NCBI GenBank assembly: GCA_001642005.1
Contig: LWCA01000199.1
Span: forward strand, 1 to 40,646
Length of the DNA stretch: 40,646 nt
Direction of reading: 5' to 3'
Source: Intoshia linei
Taxonomy: Eukaryota; Animalia; Orthonectida
Below are positions 27,201-36,200 of the stretch, piece by piece (position 1 is the first letter of the stretch; each line of letters begins with the position of its first letter). The notes beneath the pieces were generated by a model. That model had not been told where the DNA came from. It saw nothing but the letters and a program-made list of their open reading frames with translations, and ran no database searches. A program made the position numbers and the translations under genes.

Positions 27201-27668
27201 ATCCAATTCTTGACAATAATTTTTTTAACACTCAGCAAATAAACAACTAAAAATGTAATTCTTAATTTAGGACCTAAATTTTAAATTAACAAGTGTAGTC
27301 AAAAGAATAAAATAAAATCCAATTTATAACCAAACATATTTTTTTTAATCCTAATTAAAAATTCTACGGAATCCATTATTAAATTCCAATTTCATTAAAA
27401 AATCAATATCATGTACATGTACATTGTACTAACTGTATTTTAAAAATAGGTAATTATCGAAACCGTGAATAAAGAGGATTATTCAAACATGGAAACTCAT
27501 TATTCTTGTCCAGTTTACTCTACACTTGTTAGACCTAATGAAATGTTTGGAAAATTCAAATCTGTAATAAATGATCCAATTTGTTACATAAAAATTCCAA
27601 TAAAAGACGAACAGGAGGGAGAATTTTGGAAATTACAAGGTTGTACGTTAATTTGTCAAAATATTTAA
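290..27668 (+). CDS. Axonemal dynein heavy chain, single-headed inner-arm (DNAH3/DNAH7/DNAH12-like) type, ~58 exons, degenerate AAA1; 5' end probably outside the window
   Basis: Manually spliced GT-AG exons join in frame, e.g. 290-410, 987-1125, 2858-3093 (EIKQNYYNFSKKAIMDYILLD), 5842-~6029 (PGLKQRHW), 8198-8432 (FPRFYFLSEDELLDILSE), 8974-11880 (YQYEYLGN; P-loops GPTATGKK, GEPMSGKT, GPPDSGKT), stalk/MTBD 15524-16115 (NPPQGVKLVMEAICLLKG...CEGLCKWV), AAA5 (GLPNDEFSIEN; IIDPLGQANDW), 27045-27155 (MYGLHIHGALWD) and last exon 27450-27668 (YSCPVY...FWKLQGCTLICQNI*). Assignment of exon 290-410 is less certain. Confidence 0.93.
1281..2632. mobile_element. Composite non-autonomous hAT (Charlie-like) element with nested insertions
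   Basis: Termini GAGTGTTTCCTAA...GGGAAACATTG; 8-bp flanks TTTTAGAG / TTTTAGGA (6/8). Contains a copy of the CAGGGCCGTGGAGA family (~1519-1700), a 24-bp palindrome and an inverted minisatellite array. Confidence 0.55.
2110..2520. repeat. Fold-back array of ~29-30-bp minisatellite units (AAATCCACTTTTACCAAACC...)
   Basis: Units run forward at ~2110-2290 and as reverse complement (GGTTGGTAAAAGTGGATTTT) at ~2350-2520. Confidence 0.75.
6600..7370. repeat. Diverged tandem repeat, ~220-235-bp unit, 3-4 copies, in a dynein intron
   Basis: A GACACCTTC...TTTACTTTGTATATTTTGAAATGGAACTTTG-like block recurs near 6623, 6856 and 7073, and degenerately near 7300. Confidence 0.8.
12072..12327 (+). mobile_element. 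Helitron-like non-autonomous element 5' segment, copy 1
   Basis: Begins A|TCCTAACTTATA followed by a (GT)n-like tract; aligns over ~255 bp with the reverse complement of 25214-25473. 3' end not resolved. Confidence 0.55.
12661..12932. mobile_element. hAT-type MITE (CAGGGCCGTGGAGA family)
   Basis: TIRs CAGGGCCTTGGAGA / TCTCCACGGCCCTT; flanks CCTATTAA / CCCTTTAA (6/8). Related copies at ~1519-1700 and 36537-36930. Confidence 0.75.
12972..13151. mobile_element. hAT (Charlie-like) MITE
   Basis: Termini TAGCGTTTCCCAAA...TTTGGCAACCTTTG; 8-bp flanks ATTTACAT / CTTTACAT (7/8). Confidence 0.55.
16745..17403. repeat. ~36-bp minisatellite with ~302-bp higher-order repeat
   Basis: Unit AAAACCCCTCTTGAAAGTTTGGTTCAAAAAAAATCTT; diagnostic variants recur at 17047/17349 and ~16869/17175. 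A hAT-like terminus CAGTGGCGGCTCG lies upstream at 16486. Confidence 0.88.
17700..18210. repeat. Degenerate ~29-30-bp minisatellite array (same unit family as 2110-2520, reverse orientation)
   Basis: Recurrent GGTTGGTAAAAGTGGATTTT-like units. Confidence 0.6.
21375..22356. mobile_element. Fold-back element with long modular inverted arms
   Basis: AGCGACATACGTTTGAG (21375) and GAGCGATATAATCATTGACTTTGTTAATTAATCATAC (21756) are inverted relative to ~22306-22356. Internal GTAGGGTTTTT / AAAACCCTAC repeats face each other. Confidence 0.65.
21438..21750. mobile_element. hAT (Charlie-like) MITE nested in the fold-back arm
   Basis: TIRs CAGCGGTCGGCAACC / GGTTGCCGACCCCTG; TSD TCTTAAAG / TCTTAGAG (7/8). 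Confidence 0.85.
25214..25473 (-). mobile_element. Helitron-like non-autonomous element 5' segment, copy 2
   Basis: Reverse complement of 12072-12327; same A|TCCTAACTTATA start. Confidence 0.55.
26365..27009. mobile_element. hAT MITE with internal minisatellite array
   Basis: Termini CAGTGGTTCC...GAACAACCG; perfect 8-bp TSD GCTTAAAT (26357-26364 and 27010-27017). Homologous to 30323-30986. Confidence 0.88.
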
Positions 27669-27679
27669 TGTATTATAAA

Positions 27680-28303
27680 TTAAATGCCTATTGTATTTAT
27701 TCTTTGGGTAAAAAAATTTTTGAGAATATAAATTTCCAAAAAACTCACAATGATGACAACACAGCATTGAAAAAAGGACCAATAATTGATTCTAATGAGA
27801 ATTCTTTTTGCAGCATCCAAAGATTGAAAATAAATTTGTTTTAGTGAAATTTGTATAGAACTAGACATGTGGCCATTTTCATGAATGTCGTTCAATTGAT
27901 CTTCCATTTGAGTGTTTACGGTAATTTTTTCTTTTCCAACTTCTTTCTCAAGGCTGTCAATTTCCGCAGTCTGTATTTGAAAAAAAATGACTTTTTGATC
28001 ACTATCCACATTGGTAAAGCAGAACGAATAAATACCGGATCGTCTCATATCAAAAGTGTATTCATAATCAGGCATATCATCCAACTCTTCGATTCGTCGA
28101 TTTGTAGGGTCATTGGAGTGGTAATTTATTCTATACTCGTTTCCACTAATGACTCGATAAGCAACTACAAACGTTTTCTTTGGAGAATTTGGAAATTCGT
28201 AATAAAAGCATTCCACCATTCTTCCTTGGATAACAAAACTGTATCGAACTTTTTTAGTGTATAGATTATTTAGGAACATGATAAAAATTAAATACAATTT
28301 CAT
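27680..28303 (-). CDS. p24/TMED (emp24/gp25L) cargo receptor, intronless, 207 aa
   Basis: Hydrophobic N-terminus, GOLD-domain cysteines (ECFY...GIYSFCF), coiled-coil region, TM helix RINYWSFFQCCVVIIVSFLEIYIL, and a short tail with FF and no KKxx (beta/gamma type). Confidence 0.9.
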   Translation of the reverse strand: MKLYLIFIMFLNNLYTKKVRYSFVIQGRMVECFYYEFPNSPKKTFVVAYRVISGNEYRINYHSNDPTNRRIEELDDMPDYEYTFDMRRSGIYSFCFTNVDSDQKVIFFQIQTAEIDSLEKEVGKEKITVNTQMEDQLNDIHENGHMSSSIQISLKQIYFQSLDAAKRILIRINYWSFFQCCVVIIVSFLEIYILKNFFTQRINTIGI

Positions 28304-28339
28304 CTCAATTTAATAATTTATAATAATACAATAAATACG

Positions 28340-29198
28340 TTAGGTTGGTGGAGCTCCAAACGCGTCAGGCATACGTTCGATAGAATATCTAAATGAATCA
28401 ATAAAACACACATTTTTATTGATTACTTGTGTTGAGACAAGTACATAATAGGAACACCCGGTATTTTACGAATACGTCTTTTTAAATCCTTATCACATGT
28501 GGCCACAATGTAACATTTGTGCTGCGTAACTCTGTCTACTAAACAATCATCTGCATACGTGCCTTTATGAAGACATGTTAATCGTTTAAAATTATCGGAT
28601 TTGACGATTCTAAAATAATAAGTAAAATTTTACATGCATTTTTTTAAACTTTAAAGCAACTCGATATTTTCTTCCCAGTTTTTCCAATTCTGCCATTACA
28701 CAATCAGTAATATAAGGAGTACCTAAAAATTGGCATTCATTTTACATTTCACAATATAAATTTACATTTCGCATACAAACAATCTGCCATAGCTTCCATA
28801 ATATCCAATTTATTTTTAATTGAAAAATTTACAAAGTTTGTATCAATTAAAACGCGATAGGGTGGCCCGAGTTGGTTGTTGTATTTGAAAAATAAGGCTG
28901 AAGACAATTGTGGACTAAAATTATTTTAACAAATTACAAAATAAAACATACGCTTGTCTAACAACATTTTTGGTTTTAGCTTCCAGTTTTTTAATTTTCT
29001 TTACCTTTTTAGACATAATTCGATTTTCCGGTTTTCTATTGAAAATATATAAGTTGAAAAAATTAAAAAAAAATTTACATTCTTCCATCTGACGGGTTGA
29101 TTATTTTTTTAACTTGAAATTTTGACTTTTTAGCCTATTCAATCATTACATTATTAAATAAACAAACACACCTTTTTTTTATTAGAAATTGTGCCCAT
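28340..29198 (-). CDS. FCF1: rRNA-processing PIN-domain nuclease FCF1/UTP24, 7 exons
   Basis: Exons 29172-29198, 29079-29134, 28952-29035, 28766-28914, 28650-28722, 28427-28609, 28340-28388 (introns 37-43 nt). Translation includes [39 protein letters not shown] and [16 protein letters not shown]. Missed by the ORF track. Confidence 0.96.
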
Positions 29199-29256
29199 TA
29201 CGAATTATCACACAAGTTAAATTAGTTTAAATGTATCTTTATTTTCGGTAACCAAC

Positions 29257-29689
29257 ATGTCATTAACCAAATTTGTCCTCAACTTTACAAGATGCGTGGC
29301 CACGTCTACTCCAATAAAACTTGAATATATTGACAAACTCGTTAAAGGATATAAATTGGTCGTTTTCATGAAAGGAACACCAACCAACCCCATGTGCGGT
29401 TTTAGTAAAGCAGTGATGGATATTTTAAATGTTCACAAGATTAATGATTTCGAAAGTCACAATGTACTTGAAAATAAAAAGTTACGCAAGGGTTAGAATT
29501 TTATGTAATTTTAAAATGTTTAATGTAGATATTAAGGAATATTCCGACTGGCCAACGATTCCTCAAGTATATATAAACGGGGATATGGTTGGAGGCTGTG
29601 AAATATTTATGCAAATGCACGAAAGTGGCGAAATTATTAAGGAATTTGAAAAGGCTGGGTTAGAATCCGGTTTAGAATTGAAAAAATAA
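29257..29689 (+). CDS. GLRX5: Monothiol glutaredoxin 5, mitochondrial Fe-S assembly, 2 exons
   Basis: Exons 29257-29491 and 29529-29689 (37-nt intron); VVFMKG, CGFS active site, [16 protein letters not shown]; N-terminal transit-like peptide. Confidence 0.95.
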
Positions 29690-29692
29690 TTG

Positions 29693-32600
29693 TTAAAATT
29701 TAATACAAAACACTTTATCTGTACACTTTTTTTCAATCATTTCTTTGAGTATTTTTTCCAATGTGTCTTTTTGTGAAATGTAATCGTCTAAAGTTCGTTC
29801 TATCAGAAAGTCAAAATTTAATTTTTCTTGATTTGATTCTATTATTTTTACCTAAATTTTCATATTTTAGTTTTGAGAAATTTAAACACGGTTAAAATTT
29901 TATTATCCATACAGGGTCAAATTAGAATAAATAAAACAATAGTATAATAATTCTACCAACTTTAGACAAACTACGGTTAAGGGAGTATGCGTCACCGCAA
30001 ACTAACCCATTAAAAAAATATTTTAATTGGTTTGGTTAGCACCAGTTGTATTTCATGTCTCGGTTCATCATCACAAGTCTGGGACTTTCTATCCATTTAT
30101 TATACGATATCATTTGATTATCTGTTAAATAACATACCATCCAGTCTACGAAGACTTCAGTACTTTTATACCACAAATCCACAGTTAGAATCAGTTTTTT
30201 GTGTTTTTTTTGCAACGTAAGACACTAAAAAACTTTATATAATAAGATACATTATATTGGTGATTCCACCCCACATTTACACCGGAAATATCTGCATAAT
30301 ATCATAATCTGTTCGTCTAAGGCAGTGGCTCCCAATTTGGGCCAAAACTATAATTATATATGCCTGGGGTCCGTCAGACCAAATAAAATATAAAATCTTT
30401 TGATATGATCTTTTGTTCATTTTTAATATTTATTTCATAGTAGGCAGATCATCTGCCGCAGATGTTGGGAATTTATGTCAAAGCCTAGACGCCCGCTACA
30501 TTATTATTTCAAAAATACTACTTTTATCCCACCATTAATAAAATTTAATCAAAAATACCCTTTCAAACATCAAATCAATCAAGGGAAAAATCCAATTTTA
30601 CCAAAGCTAATGAGAAAAATCCACTCAACCAAACCACCAAATAAAAATCCAATTTTATCAATTCTTAAAAGAAATATCCTTTTTCTAATATTTTTTTGAA
30701 AAATCCGATTTTGCCACATCTTATGAGCAAAAACTTCCTAATCCAAACCATAAAATAAAAAATCCAATTTTACCCAACCGTTAATGGAAAAATTTCCTTT
30801 TCCACTTTTTTTGAAAAATACAATTTTATCCAATGTTATGAGGAAAAACCTTAAATTTTTTTAAATCTTTTATATTTCATTTTCCTTGGGTACTAAAAAA
30901 ATAATATTTGAAATGGGATGCCTACATTATTTTAATATATATATATTATATATTATATTAACAATTATTTAAATTTGGAACCACCGGTCTAAGGATTACG
31001 ACTTAGACCAGTGGTTCATAAACTTTTTCCACAATGGACTACTCGTCACAAAAAAAATCTATGTTCAAATAAATTTGAGTATGTATGAATTGAAAAGCCG
31101 TTAGTTTTTAGTGGGCATTAGATAAAAAAGGTAGATATCGCCGTTTCAACATTCAAAATAGAAAAAATTAAATCTTGAACTAAAACCAACAATTGGTTAC
31201 CGTAAATAAGAAAATTTACATTGTGTGTTCCATTGAATTTGTCAATCAGTGCTAATAGTATTTGGTAAAAATTTTGACGTGATCTTTTACACAATTTATC
31301 AGAATTTAAGTTGAATTGGTTGATTAACTACATAATTAAAAATATGATTTCAAATATAAAAATCTACTTTTTTGTTGAAAGTGTTGAAACTGGAATTAAG
31401 CATATCGAATTTTCTTAAATTTGTATTCACTCTATCAATTAGACCACATAGTTCATTTTCTGAAATAGACTCTATATTAGTAGTATTTTCAGTTGGTGGA
31501 TTTAAAGTTTCTGGGTGTTTCTAAAAATTAACAAATAAAATAGTGCGACCATATTTTTAACGTACTAATATTGTTTAAAAACAAAAATTTAAAAAATATA
31601 TGAAAAAATTGTGTAACTAAACAATAAATAAATTGAGACAAAGTTTATGATAAACACGAGTAATTGCTGAAAATGAAATATATATTTATTATTATTAATT
31701 ATATTTATTGCTAGAATTAATGTTTCTACAAATTTCAATGTCGTTTAACAATTTTTATAAACATTAGTACATTTTTCATTTGAATTTTCTCGAAGTAAAA
31801 TGACAGATTTTAAACGGTTTTAAGCTAAGGTTGGAAATATGCTCTGTTCAAAAATTATTAGTAACACTAAATACTTTTTCTACATATTTATTTGAGCAAT
31901 ATAGAGAATAATAAATCTGGATTCATTTTTTGAATCTATTATTATCGATATTATCACACAAATCCTTCCAAGAAGGAATAGTAGGAGAATTTTTTAAACA
32001 TAAATCAACTGCAACAAATTCATTGAACATTTCATCTCGATTTATCTAGTTAATTAAATTTATTTTGTTATAAATTGTGATACATTTTTGTATGTTGATC
32101 CAATTAAATGTATTTTATTAATAACAAAGTAAAATGGTGATAAATATTGAGTTTGAATGGTTTATGTTAAAATATATACTATAAATACGTAAAAATTATA
32201 AATAACAAAATTTGTAATATAAAATTTAAATTCCTAACTTTATTTAGTACGTTAAAAGTACGTTATTGGCACAGTGCCAACGTACTTTTTATAAAATAAC
32301 ATACTTATGGTTGCACTAAATAAAATCATTTTTAGAAACATGACAACTTTTCATCTATAATTATAATTTAATAAATAAATTAATAAGAACAAAGATGCAC
32401 AAATACGTAATATCAGGTAAACAAGGCACCTGTAGTGTACTCTTTCCTTTTTTAAATTTTTTATAACATTCATGTGGCTGACCCATTGAATGTAATGGCT
32501 CCCTAGATATACACTCAAGGGCTATGGATTCCGTTAAGAACGAATAGTATAGTGTACTAAATTTTTGTACTACATATGTATTAATATATGTATTAATAAA

Positions 32601-33031
32601 AATACCTTAAAATATGCATAAACGACACCTTTGTAATCATTTAGTATTTTCAATTTGGTAAATTTTTTGAAAGATGATTTTCTTATAACAACAGATAAAT
32701 AAATCAGCATTTTACGGGGTTTATTTTCAAATTGAAGCGATAGTTTTCTATTATCTTTAAAAAAAATTATTGGTATATGATGAATCACTAACCAATTTTT
32801 TCAGTTAATGCGACAATAGAATTGTACAATGTACTGGACTAAACAAATTTTGGGATTATTTGAAGTTTTTTAAAAAATTTTTTATAATACCACATTTTTT
32901 AAATCATTATCATTGTTAAACTTTGCTAATCGTAAATGTTCAGCAGTAATTTCGTGATTAATATCTAAATCATTCAGCATTTTTGTCAAATTCTTAATAC
33001 ACATTTTTATTGGAAATGGTGAATTCTCCAT
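29693..33031 (-). CDS. Probable tubulin epsilon/delta complex protein 1 (TEDC1/C14orf80)-like protein, ~251 aa, 6 exons
   Basis: Exons 32891-33031, 32793-32838, 32606-32754, 31368-31520, 31220-31327 and 29693-29851 splice in frame. AEHLRLAKFN and PRKMLIYLSVVI resemble recalled TEDC1 motifs PEIFRRAKFD and SRELLLALSWLL. The gene model is more secure than the product call. Confidence 0.55.
30323..30986. mobile_element. hAT MITE with internal minisatellite array (sister of 26365-27009)
   Basis: Termini CAGTGGCTCCCAA...TTTGGAACCACCG; perfect 8-bp TSD GTCTAAGG (30315-30322 and 30987-30994). Confidence 0.9.
31542..32317 (-). mobile_element. Internally deleted hAT element with 9-bp TSD (hAT19-like) retaining a C-terminal dimerisation-domain relic
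   Basis: Termini AGTGCGACCATA / TATGGTTGCACT; perfect 9-bp flanks AAATAAAAT. Minus strand ~31700-31910 reads YSLYCSNKYVEKVFSVTNNF*...INSSNKY with stops and frameshifts. Confidence 0.7.
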
Positions 33032-33226
33032 TGAATCTTAAATTCAATAAACAAAAGACAATGAATACTACTAGAAAAAATAAATAAAAATAAAAATATC
33101 AAATAGTTTTAAATTAAATTAAACTTTTCATTTTACATTTTTATAAATATTGTTTATTGTTGTTATGACAGTTTGTTTATAAAGTTTATATAAAACTTTT
33201 CATTTTATTTCATAACATTTTGCAAA

Positions 33227-36200
33227 ATGGCATCAATTTTAAAAATTCAATCATTTTATGGAACTAGATCTGAAGCTCCTCATTGTTATTTACTGCAAAT
33301 TGATGATTTCAGAATACTATTGGATTGTGGATGGGATGAAAACTTTAACAAAAGTTTTGTTCATACAATTAAACGGTATTTTTGTTAAATGTGCTCTGTA
33401 CAGTATACAGTAGATATTATTTATAGTGACACAATTTTATGTAGATAACAACGAAATTTCACTATGAATCAAGGGTCTTCAACGGGGAAAAAATTTATTT
33501 ATTTTTTTTTGAAATTAAATTTAATACCAAGTAAACTAAAATTGATAGTTTTTTTGTGACCACTTTAACAAATTAAACTAGTGTGACCAGAAAAAAGACG
33601 TACTATCAATTTTAGTTTATTTGGTGATAAATGTATAGCCAAAATTACTTATTTATGATGACGAATTAAAATTTGTTTTCAATATTAGAAGCGTAATTTG
33701 TTAATTAGAAATCAAATTGTTTTATATATGCGACATGCGAAAAAAATTTATATCATGCTTTTAGGTACCGCGATTTTTTGAAATTTTATAAGGGTTCCGC
33801 GCAGTAAAAAAGGTTGAGAAACACTGATGTAAATAATAGAAATACTAAGTGTACGAAAATATTATGCAAATGTAATGAATATTGATAAATTCAACGGAAC
33901 ATATCATTAAAATGTAGGTCTAATGTTTAATATGGTTCCCATGAAGTTGTAAAACTTTAATAAGCCTACCATCCACTGAATCGGTCAATTTTTTAACTTG
34001 TTCTGGTAGGATTAAACTAGACGCCTGCTTGATGGAATCCCATAGAATCTCCAGGGAGTTATACTGAGTCCTAACAGCATATAATTTTCTAAATGGTATA
34101 TTTAATGTATTATTAAAATATTATAAAGCTTATTACATCTTTATCATGCTCCAATAATTTTCTATTGGGTTTAAGTCAGGACTGTTAGGAGGCCAAATCA
34201 TTAATTTGTTCTCTTAATGCCCTTTTCTCATAGAAATTTCCTTGTGAGAGATGATGAATGGGAAGGCGCATTATCCTGCATGAATATTACATTTTTTTAA
34301 ATTCTTCACTCTTCGAATTAAACCAAGGATAGTAGTTTTTTTTTAAGAATTCAGTATAACTTACGTAACAATTTAAAAATGCCAAAATATTAAGTATTAT
34401 AACTTCGAATTCATTTTCACTCCTGTGGGCAATTTATATGGTCCGAATACTTCATTTCCGATTATACCTGCCCAAAACATAACACCACCACCATCTTGTT
34501 GGCGACGTATTATTGATGGAACTTTGACGTCATTGAACACCCATCCGGACCATCTAATGTTGTTTTGCACTCATCAGTAACCTTTAAAAAAATTTGTCTT
34601 TAAATTGATTTTAGCCCATTTTATTCGTTTTTCCTAAAGGATAGATTTCAAAATATGTCTTCTTAGGGCTTTTTTACAGATGCATATAGAGTTTAAAATC
34701 CTACAGCGACTCGTTTTAGACACATTTTTTACATTACAAGATGAGAATATGCTGGAACTCGTGGAAAGTGGTGTTAGTAACACGATCCTTTTATTTAGAG
34801 ATGATTATCTTTGTGACACTACCTTTTTTCGACCGCATTTGGATCTTTTGTTTTTCTTTGATGGGGCATCCAGCCATTTTTTAATAGTCCGGTGATCCCG
34901 GTCTAGACATCGAGAAATTTGAATAGTACTATTTCTTTTAGCTAATAAACCGCCAATTTCATTTTTTTCGTTCACGCTTAGGTCGCTTTTTAACCGTATT
35001 TACGATTTGTCTAATAAATTGGTACACTTTAAATTTAAAAAAAACGTAATATGTAAATATAAAGTTTTTGTGTAACTTAACTACAATATATAATTGTAGT
35101 TATAAATTGCATCAATTAAAAGTCACTGGATCAAAAAAAAAATAGGAGTTTTGAACATTTTTAAAGTTTAATACGCAACTTTTAATGATTTGCATAACAA
35201 ATTGGTACTGTGTGTATTATTACTATAAATAATCTCCACTGTGTATAGCTGTTGGATTAAATAATTGTCTTCAATTTTATATTCATAGACATCTTGGTTC
35301 AATCGATGCCATTATAATATCACATTCAAGTTGTTTACATTTGGGAGCTTTGCCTTACCTTATTGGAAAATGTAATCTTAAAGCGCCCATTTTTGCAACA
35401 TATCCAGTCTATAAAATGGGGCAAATGTTTATGTACGATTTGTATCAGGTTTCTTTTATTCATTATTTTTAATTTATATTTAATAATGAAATCGTCTTTA
35501 ATTGCTTAGCAACGCGGTCCCAAGCACGGTTAGATACGACAATTTTAATTTGGACCGTGTTGTATCACTAAATACAATGGATTCTGGTTATTGTATTGTG
35601 AAGATAACCAGGCGTCAATCTCTGGGTTGATCTGATTTTTTATTTTTTATAGGAATTTTATATGATGAAATCATCCTTGCGCACGTAGTAATGCGATGAC
35701 GTCTAGTCGTCGTATTGTGAAGATAACCAGGCGTCAATCTATGGGTTGATCTGATTTTTTATTTTTTATAGGAATTTTATATGATGAAATCATCCTTGCG
35801 CACGTAGTAATGCGATGACGTCTAGTCGTCGTATTGTGAAGATAACCAGGCGTCAATCTATGGGTTGATCTGAATTTTTTATTTTTTATAGTAATTTTAT
35901 ATGATGAAATCATCCTTGCGCACGTAGTAATGCGATGACGCCTAGTCGTCGTATTGTGAAGACAACCAGGCATCAATCTATGGGTTGATCTAAATTTTTT
36001 ATTTTTTATAAGAATTTTATATGATGAAATCATTCTTGCGCACGTAGTAATGCGATGACGCCTAGTCGTCGTATTGTGAAGATAACCAAATGTCAATCTA
36101 GGGGTTGATCTAAATTTTTTATTTTTTATAAGAATTTTATATGATGAAATCATCCTTGCGCACATAGTAATGCGATGACGCCTAGTCGTCGTATTGTGAA

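Noticed and set aside
27851-28264. 137-aa plus-strand ORF
   Set aside because: Antisense shadow of the TMED CDS; likewise 9510-9695 and 9888-10304 are shadows of the dynein exon.
32405-32569. Possible extra exon of the TEDC1-like gene
   Set aside because: Open in one frame but needs atypical donors (GTGTCG/GTGCCT) and has no recognisable similarity; the model is in frame without it.
35289-35448. Degenerate metallo-beta-lactamase motif (SHSSCLH) in CPSF2
   Set aside because: CPSF100 is known to be the catalytically inactive partner of CPSF73; not novel.
35495-35545. CGGTCCCAAGCACGG resembles the P4/L4 of twister ribozymes
   Set aside because: The required P2 and GAG-GG/P1 elements are absent on either side in any permutation I could build; no hammerhead CUGANGA...GAAA core in the array either.
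35671-35770. Array unit as a bona fide U4 snRNA gene
   Set aside because: It has a stem-II-like 5' match and a U-rich tract, but lacks the stem I complement (UGCUAAU) and the kink-turn 5' stem-loop.
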